From a virus, in IMG/VR virus record IMGVR_UViG_3300034198_004780, positions 1 to 64,000 of that record: a stretch of DNA of 64,000 bases, one strand, 5' to 3'. The notes under the pieces were generated by a model that worked only from the letters and a program-made list of their open reading frames with translations, did no database searches and was not told the origin of the DNA. The position numbers were made by a program, and so were the translations under genes. Positions 18,242 through 33,600 of this stretch are shown piece by piece. Position 1 is the stretch's first letter. The number at the start of each line of letters is the position of its first letter.

Positions 18242-21200
18242 ATGATACCATCAACAAAATCACAACTTTTAGTCGCCGAAGATTGGACTAAGATCTACCA
18301 AAGTTTCCGCAACGCAGACTTTCAAAGCTACGACTTCGACACCCTGCGTCGCACAATGATTACATATCTACGTGAAACCTATCCAGAAGAATTTAATGAC
18401 TATATTGATTCAAGCGAATATATTGCTCTTATTGATCTTATTGCGTACCTGGGGCAAAATTTAAGTTTCCGTATTGATTTAAATGCTCGTGAAAACTTTC
18501 TAGAAACAGCACAGCGTAAGGATTCAGTACTGCGTCTAGCACAGTTAATCAGTTACAACCCTAAACGTAATGTTCCTGCTAACGGAATGTTAAAAATTTC
18601 TGCACTTAGTACAACAGAGGATGTTATTGATGCTAATGGTTTTAATTTATCCAATCAAATTATTGGTTGGAATGATCCTACAAACACAAACTGGTATCAG
18701 CAATTTATTAGCGTGATGAATTCAACAATGCCGGGTAGCGGAGCATTTGGTCAACCAAACGACCAAGCAGTAATTAGTGGTATCACAACAGACCTATATC
18801 AAATTAATAGTCAAGGCAGTGACCTTCCAATCTATACTATAAACAAAGCAATTAACGGTGTTCCGATGACATTTGAAATCACCGGCGCAACATTTTCTGA
18901 AAAAGATTATATCTATGAAGTTCCACCAGTTCCGGGCGGTGCTCTAGGCGTTATTTTTCAAAACGACAATCAAGGAGCAGGATCAATCAACTCTGGGTTC
19001 TTTGTGCATTTCCGTCAAGGTACTATGGCATCAAGCGGATTTACAGTTAGCAATCCAGTGCCAAATGAAATCATTGGAATCAATGCTAACGGTATCAACA
19101 ATACCGACGTTTGGTTATGGCAAATAGGTGCAAGCGGCACGTATGACTCGTTATGGACTAAGGTTGATGCATTGGTCGGTAACAATGTAATTTACAATAA
19201 TCTATCAAACAACTTGAGAAAATTTTATTCAGTTAGTTCTAGATCTAACGATCAAATTGATTTAGCATTTGCCGACGGATCATTTGGTGACTTGCCTAAA
19301 GGCAACTTCCGTTTGTTCTATCGTCAAAGTAACGGACAGACGTATTCTATTACCCCTGATCAATTGTCAGGTATTAATATTATTATTCCTTACGCAAACA
19401 AAGCAGGAAATATTCATCAATTAACTTTAACACTTAGTCTACAGTACACAGTTAACAATAGCTCAGGACCAGAGTCAATTGCTAGTATTAAACAAAAAGC
19501 TCCGCAGACATACTACTTGCAAAATCGTATGATCACTGCTGAAGATTACAACATCGGCCCATTAACTGCGGGCAATAATGTATTGAAAGTAACCAGTGTT
19601 AATCGTATCTCAAGCGGTATCTCAAAGTATTTTGAATTAAGTGATGTTAGTGGAAAATACTCCAGCACAGATATCTATGCTCACGACGGTGCTTTATATA
19701 AAGAAAATAAACTTCCAAACTTTGATTTCAAATTTCAGTCACGCAATCAGGTTTTTGCCGCTGTAAAAAATCAATTAGCTCCAATTGTTGCATTAAATAG
19801 TTTTAAGAATTTTTACTTTGAAAATTATCCAAGACCATTATTCAACGCACTAAATTATTCTTGGAATCGAGTATCTAAAAAATCAGATCAGACAACTGGG
19901 TATTTTCAAAATGCACTTCTAGAACCAGTACAGACTGGTTACTTTAGCAGTACAACCGCTGCCTATATAACTGCCGGCGCCTTAATAAAATTTATTGCCC
20001 CCGTTGACAAATTTTTTGATCAAAATAATGTTCTTAGAAATACTCCGTTGACTGGTATTCCAGAGGATGGAAAAACGTATATCTGGTCAAAGGTAATTCA
20101 AGTTATTGGCGACGGCTCTAACCAACTTACGGGTGCTCTAAATGACGGAACTGGCCCGGTTATTCTCTCAGGTAAAGTACCAAGTGAAGCAATTCCTGAA
20201 ACAATTATTCCAGCATTTGTTACAGTATTCAGCTATGCCTTAGAAACACAGATGGTCAATCTATGTATGGCTCAGCGCAACTTTGGTCTAAGTTTTGATA
20301 AAACTACACGTCAGTGGTTTATCATTACTGATTCTAATTTGGATACAGTTTCTAAATTTAACCTAACATTTCAAGGCGATACGACTAATATACAGAAAGA
20401 CTCCAGTTGGTTAATAGCGTTTGAATGGACCGGAGAGGCCTACAAAGTTACCTATAGATTATTAGAATATATATTTGAAAGCGACAAACAGACTGCGTTT
20501 TTTGTAGACTATTCAAACACCAATTACGACTTTACCACAAACACGGTAATTAAAGATCAAATTAACGTACTAGGAATTAATAAAAAGCCATCAGCTTCTG
20601 CAGAATTGGGCGCAGACTACCGTTGGCAAATTGACAGCTCCATTGTAGAATCAGACGGATACATTGAGCCTAAAAAAGTTGTTGTCAGTTTTTATGATGC
20701 TAATAATGATGGACAAATTGATAATCCAGATTCTTTTCAAGAAATTGTTGATCCTAATGCCGAGCGTAACGGCTACCTAAAGAATTTTGTTTATTTTAAA
20801 ATTTCAAACGATGGAAACAGATACGATATTGTTGACACTGGCCTAACCACAATTGAAGCCTACCCAACCGAATCAGCAGTTGTAGATAAAGATGTTAATG
20901 TACTATATTATTTTTATGAATTAGATGTAGTTAAGAACTACGACGCAGTAACTGACACATTTGTATTGAATACTCAATACTTTGCTAGATCGGGTCGTTC
21001 AAAAATCAAATTTCATTATATACACAACAGCGGAGAAGAGCGTCGCATTGATCCAAGCAAGTCTAACATCATTGACATTTATGTTCTAACTTCAGAATAT
21101 GATATTGCGTTTAGAAATTGGTTAAGATCCGGAAGCGGCCCTTCCCCACTTGCTCCAACTAGTCAAAGTTTAGAAAATAATTTTGCAGCAGCATTAGAAC

Positions 21201-21649
21201 CAATTAAGTCTATATCAGATACACTTGTGTTTCATCCAGCTTCTTATAAAATATTATTTGGCACACAAGCAACTCCAAATTTACAAGGGACATTTAAGGC
21301 TGTACGTAATCCCGCAAGAACTAACAGTGACAACGATTTAATTACTAAAATTGTTACAGCAATTAATCAATTCTTTAGTTTAGACAATTGGGAATTTGGT
21401 CAATCATTTAATTTTACAGAACTGTCAACGTATGTGTTAAATCAAATGACCCCGGACATTGTTAACTTTATTATTGTTCCAAAAAATCCTAGTTTGCCGT
21501 TTGGTAGTTTATTTGAAATAGCATGTCAGTCTACTGAGATTCTTATCAATGGAGCAACAGCAGATGATATAGAAATTATTGATTCGTTAACTGCTTCAGA
21601 ACTTAATGTAGCTTCTCCAATAATTAATAATACTAATGCGAGCGTTTAA
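18242..21649 (+). CDS. Baseplate wedge gp6-like
   Basis: DFDTLR, ENFLETAQR..SVLRLA..I.YNPKR, FADG..G, ESIASIK..AP..Y..QNR.ITAEDY. Confidence 0.9.
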   Translation: MIPSTKSQLLVAEDWTKIYQSFRNADFQSYDFDTLRRTMITYLRETYPEEFNDYIDSSEYIALIDLIAYLGQNLSFRIDLNARENFLETAQRKDSVLRLAQLISYNPKRNVPANGMLKISALSTTEDVIDANGFNLSNQIIGWNDPTNTNWYQQFISVMNSTMPGSGAFGQPNDQAVISGITTDLYQINSQGSDLPIYTINKAINGVPMTFEITGATFSEKDYIYEVPPVPGGALGVIFQNDNQGAGSINSGFFVHFRQGTMASSGFTVSNPVPNEIIGINANGINNTDVWLWQIGASGTYDSLWTKVDALVGNNVIYNNLSNNLRKFYSVSSRSNDQIDLAFADGSFGDLPKGNFRLFYRQSNGQTYSITPDQLSGINIIIPYANKAGNIHQLTLTLSLQYTVNNSSGPESIASIKQKAPQTYYLQNRMITAEDYNIGPLTAGNNVLKVTSVNRISSGISKYFELSDVSGKYSSTDIYAHDGALYKENKLPNFDFKFQSRNQVFAAVKNQLAPIVALNSFKNFYFENYPRPLFNALNYSWNRVSKKSDQTTGYFQNALLEPVQTGYFSSTTAAYITAGALIKFIAPVDKFFDQNNVLRNTPLTGIPEDGKTYIWSKVIQVIGDGSNQLTGALNDGTGPVILSGKVPSEAIPETIIPAFVTVFSYALETQMVNLCMAQRNFGLSFDKTTRQWFIITDSNLDTVSKFNLTFQGDTTNIQKDSSWLIAFEWTGEAYKVTYRLLEYIFESDKQTAFFVDYSNTNYDFTTNTVIKDQINVLGINKKPSASAELGADYRWQIDSSIVESDGYIEPKKVVVSFYDANNDGQIDNPDSFQEIVDPNAERNGYLKNFVYFKISNDGNRYDIVDTGLTTIEAYPTESAVVDKDVNVLYYFYELDVVKNYDAVTDTFVLNTQYFARSGRSKIKFHYIHNSGEERRIDPSKSNIIDIYVLTSEYDIAFRNWLRSGSGPSPLAPTSQSLENNFAAALEPIKSISDTLVFHPASYKILFGTQATPNLQGTFKAVRNPARTNSDNDLITKIVTAINQFFSLDNWEFGQSFNFTELSTYVLNQMTPDIVNFIIVPKNPSLPFGSLFEIACQSTEILINGATADDIEIIDSLTASELNVASPIINNTNASV

Positions 21650-21651
21650 TA

Positions 21652-24600
21652 ATGGCCGGTAAAGATATCAGCAATCCAGTAGATGTTAACAATCCTTCAA
21701 GCACTCGTAGGTCTTCAGATTTACTTCCTGGATACATACGAACAGATAGAAATTCTAAATTTTTAGCCAGTACACTAGATCAGTTTATTCAACCTCCGCA
21801 GCTGGAAAGAATTGACGGATTTGTTGGTAGCAAATTAAGTTTAAATTATAAACCTAGTAACGATCAGTATATTGCCGGTACAACTAAATTAAGAACCGAT
21901 TATCAGCTCGAGCCATCACTAATTATTAATGATGATAAGCAACAAGTAAACTATGCGTTAGGATATGATGATTTAATAAATCAATTGGCATTTAACAACG
22001 CCGATGTATCAAATTTAAATCGATTGTTTAAATCTAAATCTTATTCATACGACCCGATGATTAATTGGGACAAATTTGTAAATTTTCGTCAATACTACTG
22101 GTTGCCTACAGGTCCGGATACTATTGAAATAACCGGTCGTCAAAAATCAACAGTCAGTACCTATACAGTTTCTGATAGCCCAGTCGATGGGTCTTTAATA
22201 TTCACACCAGACGGTACATCAAATAATCCTTTATTGACATTATATAGGGGTATGACCTATGTGTTCAACGTCAACAGTGCGCATCCATTTTATATTAAGA
22301 CAGCCTATTCTCAAGGTCCTCAAGATCTATACAGTGGCGTTACAAATAATGGCACACGCAACGGGCAACTAATTCTTACTGTTGACGAATTTACTCCAAA
22401 CACTTTATTTTATTTTGCTGACGGAAATCTAGCAGGCATAGGACAATTTGTTATTAAAACAATAACAGAAAATACCACAATAGATATTGAAAACGATGTA
22501 TTAGGGAAACAGACGTATACTTCAGAAACAGGTGTTACGTTTTCTAATGGAATGAAAGTGCGATTTGTTGGTACAGTAACACCAACAGAATATTTAGATA
22601 AAGAATTTATTGTTGAAGGGGTTGGTTCTAAGATTGTATTAGTTGACTATGCTAGTTTACAACCGGTTGGTGTTGAAACTACAAATCTAGATCCAAACTT
22701 TGATGCAACACCGTTTGACCTATACCCGTTTGACAATTTTAGTTTTATTCCGTTGACGCCTGAATATGTAACAATTAATCGTGCTGCGCCAGACAAAAAT
22801 CCGTGGGCAAGATTTAATTGCTGGGTCCATGCCGATGTCATTGCGGCTACGGCCAAAGCCAACGGTGTCCAAGGTGAATATCCTACAAAACTGCGAGCAC
22901 AACGTCCTATTATTGAATTTGCCGCTGGCCTGCAATTATATAATTATGGATCTAAATCAAAGAAGACAGTTAACCTAATAGATAACATTACTACAAATGC
23001 CTTTAAAATAGTTGAAGGTGCATCGGGATTTTATGTTGACGGAGTATTGTTAGAAGCAGGGCATCGCGTAATTTTTAATGCTGATACAGATTTGCTAGTC
23101 CGTGGTAAAATATATGAAGTGAAAATCTCAATAGTTAACAATAAACAATTAATTAACCTAGAGGAAGTATTAGACAGCGAACCATCTGTATACGATGCTG
23201 TAATGACTAGCCAGGGCGTACAATATGCTGGTGTTGCTTGGTGGTTTAATGGATCCACATGGACGTATGCTCAACAAAAAACATCATTGAATCAAGCACC
23301 GCTTTTTGATTTATATGATTCTAAAGGTAATCGATATGCTGACCAGACAGTGTATCGTTCTTCTTTCGCCGGCTCTCGATTGTTTGGATATACTGTAGGC
23401 ACTGGGGTAGTAGATCCTGTTTTAGGTTTTTCATTAGACTATCGAAATGTATCTAATGTTGGAGAATATTTGTTCTCCAACTATTTTATGACTGATACAT
23501 TTACCAATTTCAATAATAATACAATTGAAGTATTAAATGTTGCCGATGGTTTTTTTAAAGTGAATCTCCCAACCGAAGAAGTTTATCGTACAGTATGGGT
23601 TAAAACAATTGATCATCCTATTCCTATTTTACAATTTCAGGTATTAGACGCTGATTCAGAATATGTTGAGATCACCTCTATTGACAGTCCTGGCTATGCA
23701 AAAGATTTAGAAGTTGAGCTATTTGTAAACGATATTAAACAAATACGAAATGTCGAGTATATAATCACAGCATCAGATCGTCGCTTGTTTGCTGTGGCTA
23801 CTGATAAGTTTTCAAGCAACGATCGAGTATTGATTAAATTATATACTGCTAGTGTGCCAACCGCTAACGGGTACTACGAACCGCCTATTAACTTAACAAA
23901 TAACCCATTAAACGGTTCAGTTAAAAACTTTACCTTTACTGAACTTAGTGATCATGTAAAGACTATTGCAGATTTTAATGACCAGTTTGCAGGTACATTT
24001 CCAGGAGCCGGAAATTTAAGAGATCTTGGAGATGTTAGCGCATACGGCTCAAGACTGGTTACGCATGACAATCCAATGAGCTTTGCTCATTATTTCTTAG
24101 GAACTCAAGAAAATAATATTGTCAACGCTGTACGAAAGGTCTCAAACGATTATAATCTATTCAAAGCTAATTTAATTAAACAGATTACTGAATTACGTGG
24201 ATTATACACTCCGTCTCAAAGTTTAGATATTGCGTTAACTGCTTTAAATCGTAATAAAGAAGAATCAGCCAGTTACGGTTATTCAGATATGCTTGCTTAT
24301 GGAAAAAATTATTCAACCAGAACTTTTACAGTTACTGATGCTCGCAACGTTCAATATAGCCTAGCTAGTATTTTTGATACTACCGTACTAAGCGAAAGAT
24401 CTGTTTTAGTTTATTTAGAAAATGTATTATTAGTTGCCGGATATGATTATATTGTTAGCCAGTACGAACCTAATATTGTTATCAAGAAAGAATTGGCAGT
24501 TGGCGATAAAATTGTTATCCTTGATTATCCTAACACAGTTGGCAGTTATGTTCCACCCACTCCTACTAAACTTGGTCTCTATCCCAAGTTTAAGCCTGCA

Positions 24601-27600
24601 ATCTATATTGACGATACGTATGCATCAGCTCCACAGCGAGTAATTCAAGGTCATGATGGCAGCATCACAGTCGCCTTTACCAGCATGGAAGAATTTGCCG
24701 CTGGACAAATTGACTATCGTGATGCGGTTATTTTAGAATATGAAACTCGAGTTTTTAATAATCTAAAAGTAAAATATAATCCTGATTTATTAGATATTAG
24801 CACAGTATTACCAGGAGCTTTTAGAGACAACTCTTACTCTCAAACTGAAGTTACTGATCTAGTAACAGCTGACTTTTTAAGATGGGCCGGATCGTTTGGA
24901 GTTGATTATCAAACCAATAATACACTTGACGAATTGAATTCGTTTACATTTAATTACACAGGATCCGTTGATACCTTACGTAAAAATTCACTAACAGGAT
25001 ATTGGAGATCGATATACAAATATTTCTATGACACTGATCGTCCCCACACACATCCGTGGGAAATGCTAGGTTTTTCAGAAGAACCAGTGTGGTGGACCAA
25101 TGTCTACGGACCAGCTCCGTATACTAGCGGTAATCTTGTGCTATGGGATGATTTAGAAGCGGGTCGAATTGTTCAAGGTGATCGTGCTGGCATTAATATT
25201 GCGTATGCTCGTCCTGGTCTAAGCAAAATAATCCCAGTTAATGAAAGCGGAGTATTATTAAGCCCTACCGATTCGGGCCTTGCTGCTACACCTATTGTTA
25301 ATCCTAATGATCCAAGACGTTTAGTGGTGTTACGCAGCGATCAAATTGCCAACAGATGGGCGGTAGGAGATCAGGGTCCTGCTGAAACTGCTTGGCGTAG
25401 AAGTAGCTATTGGCCGTTTGCTTGCCAAGTATTAATGGCATTGGCTTATCCAGCCACCTATGCCGCACAATTATTTGATACAAGTCGCATAAAGAAAAAC
25501 ATTGCAGGCCAATACAAATATGGCGATACTAAAACGTTTTTAAATCCTTCAAAGGTCTTAATTTATAGAGATGTAATAGATAGCCAGCGTGTTTTAGCAT
25601 CGGGCTACAGTGTATTTGTTATTGAAGCTGGAATTTCTAAAAATATAAATTATTTGAATTCATTAAAAGTTGATCTAACAAATTTAGATTATCGTCTAAT
25701 GGTTAAACTTGGCGGTTTTGCCAGCAAAGAAAAATTACAAGTGGGAATAGATGCTGTAGACCCAACTAGCCCATATCCCGGTGCATTAATTCCATCTGAA
25801 GACTACAACATATTCTTCAACAAAAGCAATCCTATTGAAAGTCTTGAAATCTCGGGCCTTATTATTCAAAAAACGGGCCTCGGCTATTCAATTCGAGGAT
25901 ATGACAAATATAAACCATACTTTACTATTTTAAAACCATTTGCGTCCAATCTTGATCAAATAGAGCGAGTGGGCGGACGTAGCGAATCTTATGTAACCTG
26001 GTCACAGAATACAACGTATAATATTGGACAGATAGTATTTTATACTGATAGATATTATAGAGTAACACAGCGGCATAATAGCGATGTTTCGTTTAATCTG
26101 TCATATTATCAAAGTTTACCATACCTACCAACAGTGGGCGGAGTAGGCGTTTCAAGACGCACTGCATTTGACACAAGCGAAACTGTTGTTCCATATGGTG
26201 TAGAATACAAAACAATACAAGAAGTGTACGACTTAATTGTTGGATACGGGCAATGGTTGGAATCAAAAGGATTTATATTTGAAGAATTTAATTCTACATT
26301 GGAGCAAATACTTGATTGGAAATTCACGGCTAAAGAATTCTTATATTGGACTACTCAAAACTGGGATGTAAACTCTATTATCACGTTAAGTCCGTTTGCT
26401 AATAAACTTACATTGAGATCAGATCAGGGTGTTGTTGAAAACATTATGAATGAATTCTACGAATACAGTTTATTAAAAGCCGACGGCAACATGTTTTCTA
26501 AAAATAATTTTACATTAGTAAGATTGGATGGCGAATTTTCAATTACAACAATGAATACACAAGATGGAATGTTCTTTGCTAGATTAAATTTAGTGCAAAA
26601 AGAGCATGCAGTGGTAATGAATAATTTTACCCTATTCAAAGACGTGGTGTATGCTGTAGAAACTGGCTACCGCCAACGGCGTGTTAAATTAAAAGGATTT
26701 CGAACAGCCAACTGGAATGGAGATTTTTTCAGTCCAGGATTTGTGTTTGATCAAGCAGTTGTTAGCGATTGGCAGAAGTTTGTGGATTATGGTATTGGTT
26801 CGGTGATTCGCTTCTCTGGAAAATATTATTCGGCAATTAAATCAATCATTGGATCGAGTGCCTTTGATATTACTCAGTGGGCGCCACTAAATGAAAAACC
26901 AGAAGCTCAATTATTACCAAACTTTGATTATAAGATTAATCAGTTTGAAGATTTCTATTCGTTAGACATTGACAACTTTGATGTTGGCCAACAGTCAATG
27001 GCACAACATTTAATTGGGTATACCCCGCGACCATATTTAAATTATATTATTTCTGATCCAACTGCACAGTACAAATTTTATCAAGGATTCATACGAGATA
27101 AAGGCAGTAAGAAATCTCTAACTAATCTAAGTAAAGCTAGCTTTAATAACTTCCGTAGTTCTATTGATTTTAACGAAGAATGGGCGTTCCGTATTGGCTA
27201 CTATGGTGGATACAACACATACCAAGAATTAGAAACATCGTTAGAATCTACAGGATTTATTGAGAATCCGCAGATTTTACAATTTGTTGAAAATAAACCT
27301 GTAGGTAAATCAGATACTGTTTATTACAAAGATGAAGCAGATGCAATTATTAAACCTGAAAATTTTAATATTAATTTGATATTTCCTACAATTGAAACAA
27401 CGCTAGCTGAAAATAATTTTAAATTACCAGTGGCGGGATACGTGAGATTTGATGATGTCACCTCCACCGCCTATAATAAAAACAGCATATTAGACATTGC
27501 TAATAACAGCTTGTTAAAAGTTGGAACTACCATTTGGTTAGGATTTAGAGAAGACGGTGAATGGGATGTTCTTCGATTAACTGAAGTTCCCACAATTATT

Positions 27601-30600
27601 ACTGCGGTTGCTATTAATGTTGTTGGAGAATCGTTAACAATTAGCACTTACTATCCGCATCAACAATCGGTAGGTGACTTAATTAGCATTACAAGAATAG
27701 CTAGAGATATTGATCGATGCTATGTTATTGATGAGGTACTAGGTCCAAATCAGTTTGTTGTTCGATCAACAATAAAATCAATGCCTCCGTTACCAAACAC
27801 TATAAGGGGGTTAATGTTCTCATTTGATTCTTCAAGATTAAGAACATTCGATGATCTTTCTGATATTAAATTTTTAGATCGCTGGGCACTTGGTGAAAAA
27901 GTTTGGGTAGATGATGACGGAACCGGCAAATGGGTAGTTTATAAAAAGAGTAATAACTACCAAGCAACTGTTTATAGCTCTATAATTCCTAAGTCTGGAC
28001 AACATTATGCCAGCACCATAGTAACTGATGATAAAATTGTTGACGGTAGAACAGTAACAGTGGTTGTTGCATCTGCACCTGATTTTCAAGAAATTAACTT
28101 AGATGGTGATGATCTTCGAGGCAGAGTGTTTATATCAGTTAAAGACAGTTTTGGTGAAATCCAGTCATTTAATAATTACAATCTAAACGAAGATGTAACT
28201 TATTATAGTACTGCCACAAGTAGCCTTACTAATTTTGGTCAGAGTCTAGCATTTAATGCGACAGCCAATTTAGTAGTGGCAGGCGCTCCAGCAACCTCAA
28301 ATGTCAAAACCGCACAATCTAGCAACGGCTTTATTGTTAATACCGACTCTGAAGCAATTGAGCCTTTTGCAAAACAAGGTGTAGTAAAACTTTCAGTTCT
28401 AAATGCCGGATATAGAGAAATTGACAGTGCTCGAGTAGTTATTACAACTCCAATCCCTCAAACAGGCGCGGAATTTGGAACAAGCATTGCTCTTTCGTCA
28501 ACATCGACTACAAACTTTAAATTATTAGTTGGTGCTCCGGGGCAAACAGTTAATAATGTTAGTTCTGCTGGTGCCGTTTACATATACAATGTTGTAGTTT
28601 CTACGGCAACAATAGCAGTTACTACCAGCACACAATCCGCTCTATTACAAGATTCAACGAACCCATTAATTGCTAATAGTGAATTTGGTACATCAATTTC
28701 TGGAAACGCTAGTCTAACCAGAGTTGCGGTATCTGCTCCTGGTTACTTTTCTAACAGCACTACATCAACAGGGGCTGTATTTGTTTATGATTTTGCAACC
28801 ACATCAACTCCCACTATAATTACAGGCGAGGACGCAGCTATTAAATTTGGATCAGGAGATCAATTTGGTCCTAAAGTTACAATGACCAAGGACGGCGAAT
28901 ATCTCATAGTGGCAAGCTATAATGCACTTGACCCGGATCTCGGAATACGGTCAGGGGTTGTTGATATTTTTAAATGGAATTCTGTTGCCAAGAAGTTTAA
29001 GCACCATCAACGCATCGGAGCGCCAATATCGGCAGTCAACTCAACATTTGTTTATGGCTACGATATTTCTATTAGCGAGTCCGGTGATACTCTAGTTATT
29101 TCGTCAGTTGGCAATTCTAGAACTCCGCCACCAACATTTGACAAGTATACTGAACGATACAGTACATCAACAATCCTTGCTAAGAATTTTGAATCAATTT
29201 ATGTAAATAATCTCACTTCAGATGAGCGGAATTCTCCAACAACGTTTGACAGTGGCGCAACAACATTTTCTTCTAACGTTATTAATGCAGGTACTGTGCA
29301 TGTTTATAACCGGTTAGGGACCGGTGCAACTAAATGGGCCCATGCACAAAGTCTTTACAGTTCAGATATTGTATCTAATAGCATGTTTGGCCGCTCTGTA
29401 TTTGCGACAAATAATTCAGTGTATGTCGGAGCTCCGGCCAAGTTATTAAACGGTAATGACGGAGCTAATCTTGGAATTGGACAATTGTTTTCGTTTGATA
29501 AAATTGATAATTCTATTAACAGTTGGGCACTGTATAGAAATCAAGCGCCATCGGTTGACCTTGAACCAATTACAAGAGCAATTACAATAGATTCTAATTC
29601 GGAGCAGATACAATATTATATTGATATCATTGATCCCATTAAAGGTAAAGTCTTAGGAACAGCTGCAGAAGAATTGCGATACGTGACTTCTTATGATCCT
29701 GCAATATATAGTTTAGGAATATTAGGAGTTAATGTTAATTCTAATACCAACTGGCTTGATGAACACGTTGGCGAGTTATGGTGGGATCTATCATCAGTTA
29801 AGTACGTGTGGTATGAACAAGGTGAGCTAGAGTATAGAAAAAATAACTGGAATAATATATTCCCAGGTAGTTCTATTGATGTATATGAATGGGTAAGATC
29901 AGAGTATCTTCCAGCCGAATGGAGTCAGTTAGCAGATACAGCCGACGGACTAACACAAGGAGTAAGTGGACAACCTAAGTTTGTAGATAATTCAGTTATT
30001 AGTGTAAAACAAGTTTATAACTCTGTTTCAAATGCGTTTACTAATGTTTATTACTATTGGGTTAAGAATAAGGTCACAGTACCGACTAAAGTTGCTAACC
30101 GCAATAGATCTGCATTTGATATTGCTAATCAAATTGCTGATCCATTAAGTTCTGGACTACAATTTTTAGCAGTTATTAGTCCAACGTCGGTAATGTTGGC
30201 AAATATAAAATCTGTCATTGCCTCGGAACAGATTAATCTAAATATTTCGTTTGATCTAATTAATGATTCTGCAAACCGTCACACTGAATGGTTATTGCTA
30301 GAAGAAAACAATGCCAATAGTAAACCAAACTGGTTGTTAGAAAAGAAATTAATAGATAGTTTGTTAGGACACGATTCACTGGGAAATCCAGTGCCGGACC
30401 CCACATTGCCAAACAAATTACAATATGGTATTGAAGTTCGCCCTCGTCAAAGTTTATTTGTTAATCGTCGAGAAGCGTTAAGAAACATAATTGAATTTGT
30501 TAATGACATACTCAGCAAGCAGTTAATTACGGGGCAAATTAACTTTGCTAATTTAAATGCGGTTGACGATTTACCTAATGCGTCAACGTACGATTCTATC

Positions 30601-33600
30601 GTTGAGGATATTTTTACTTTAGAATTAATATCTACGAAATCTTTAATCACAGCAGAATTACAGCCAGTTATAGATTCTAATGGAAAAATTACCAACGTAA
30701 CTATAGTAAATGCTGGATATGGTTATCTAACAACCCCAACTGTATCTATTAATGGTACTGGCTTTGGAGCAGAAATTAGCTTAACTATTAACTCGTTTGG
30801 CAGTATTACAGAAGTCAATATTATAAATGCCGGCACAAATTATACAGCAGATACAGAATTTGTTGTTCGCCCATATACCACAGTAGTACAGACAGATTCA
30901 AACTCAGCAAATAAATGGGCAGTATATGAGTGGTCCGCAAATAAATCTGAATGGATTAAAATTCGTACACAAGATTTCAATACTACTTTATTCTGGAAAT
31001 ATATCGATTGGTCTGCTACCGATTACGACCCATTAAAAGAAATTATTTCTACCGTTTCGTCTGTTTATGCTTTAGAAGCACTACAGGTATTATCCGAGGG
31101 CAGCTATGTTAAGGTTTTGAACGGCGGTGATGGCCGTTATCTAATTTTGAAAAAAACAAATGGAGCAGGCGGATCGTTTGAGCCAGATTGGGATGTTGTA
31201 TATTCCGAAAAAGGAACAATTAAATTTTTAGAAACCATCTGGAACTTATCCGGAACACTATATGCTTGGGATGAAATAGTTGGATTTGATCAAACACAAT
31301 ATGATCAAGCACCCGATAAAGAGATTGAATTTATCTTAACTGCGCTTAAAGATGATATCTTTATTAGTGATCGTAAGGTTTACTGGAATCAACTATTCTT
31401 TAAAGCAGTTCGTTATGCAATGAGCGAACAGAAGTTTCTCGATTGGGCATTTAAAACAACATTTATTAGTGTTGTTAATAATTCTGGAAGTTTGGATCAA
31501 GTAGCTACTTATAAATTAGAAAATGTCAAGTATTATGAAGATTTCTTAAAAGAAATTAAACCATACCATACTAAGATTAGAAAATTCACCGAACAATACA
31601 CTACTACAGAATTAACGAATACATTCTCAACTGACTTTGATTTACCAAGCTATTACAATACATCTACTTTAAACTTTAATAAAGTTGAATTTGGAAATAA
31701 TCTACTATTGCAATATCCGTGGAAAGCGTGGTATGACAATTATGCCTACGGTGTGTCTACCATTGAATTATATGATAGCGGAGTTGGATATACAGAAACT
31801 CCTATAGTTAACATTGTAGCCGCAGCCGGTGATACAGGACATAGTGCAACAGCGGTGGCCTTTATATCGTTAGGTAGAATTTCACGAATTATTGTTACCA
31901 ATCCTGGTAAGGGATACACAGCAACGCCAACAATATCTATTAACGGTGGCGGCAGTACTGTGCTGACTCCTGCTAGAGCTTATGCTCAATTGGGTGGCAG
32001 TCCGGTGAGATCTAATTCTATTACAATGAAGTTTGATAGAACAACAGGTAACAGAGAAATTGGTGAGCAGTACTACACAGATACATTTGTTGCGCAAGGT
32101 GAAAATTTATTGTTTAATTTAACTTGGGTACCTGTACCTAATAAAGAATTAATTGTAATAACTCGAAATGGTATACTACAATTAGATGACTCGTATACTA
32201 TATTATATAGTACAGCAAAATATAATCCTCAACCTAATACTGAATATACTAAACAATCTGCAACACTGCGTTTAGAATTTATTCCAACAACTGGTGATGT
32301 GATAAAAATTACATATCCTAAGAGTTTGAATTTATATAACGCTGCAAGTCGTATTGAAGATTATTATCAACCTGGACCAGGCATGCCTGGAAAGGATCTC
32401 TCACAATTAATGACTGGTCTAGAATATTCTGGTTTAATTGTTGACGGGCTACCATTTAACTTTGCTGGCGGCTGGGATGCAATGCCGTATGCCTCCACTG
32501 GCTGGGATAATTATGCTTTAGAAAATGGCTATACATCCTTTGTAACTACACAAACATCTACGCAAACTTTTGTTCTTCCTACATTGATTACTACGGGTAC
32601 TGAGGTTAATGTCTATGTTAAGAGCATGGGCGATTCTAAAATTAATGGTCAGAGAATTGACAGCACTTCGACAACCTCATTAGTGCAGACATTGATTGGA
32701 TTAGGAACAGGCGCTGTTGATAAGATTGAAGTATTGATCCCGGGGATCGGCTATTCAAATACATACACAACATTTTCAATCTCCGCACCAAATACTGTAG
32801 GCGGAACAAATGCCGCGGCAACTATGGTTATTAATAGCGGATCTGTTACAAGTTTCGTAATTACCAATCCTGGAAGTGGATACACTGAGCCTCCAACAGT
32901 TACTATTGTTGAATCTATTAATCCAAATAATTCAACAAGCACTATAACTCTGCCAGCTATTGCTAGAGCAGTTCTAAAAGCAGAGTTTACCGCAGTAGGT
33001 TCAACAGCAACAACATCAACTGTGACAATACCTGACGCTGCGTTTACTACAACTTCAACATTGGTGATGTTTAGATACGCTGACAGCGACGGCACGGTAT
33101 TGCCAACAGACCAAGACAGTTTAGATGCGGTAGTTAGTGGCGGTAATTTAGCCTACACTACAGCATTGGGATTATCTCCTTCAGAAATTATTCTAGACGG
33201 CGGCTCACAAGCTACTCGCAGTATTACTGGAATGATGGATGATGGATTCTTAAATAGTATTAACAGTCACGCACCAGAAGAATGTGTACCGGGACAGATT
33301 CAAGAGGCTGTAGGAATTAGCGTGTATACTCAACCATCTAGTGCCGCACCAATAATTACCAATAGAAAATATTGGGCTGACGGAACTACATTAACCTACA
33401 AGTTAGGAGTTAAACCAGCCAATGCTGATTCGGTGATTGCAATCTTTAATAATCAATTAGTTCCTTCTAATGATTATACAATTGATTATGTTAATAATAC
33501 ATTCACATTCAATTCAAACACCGTTGGAACAGGTTGGCTAAGTCTAACATCAATGCAGTTGGGTACTTTAACACTACTAGGCACGTTTAACACTAGCACC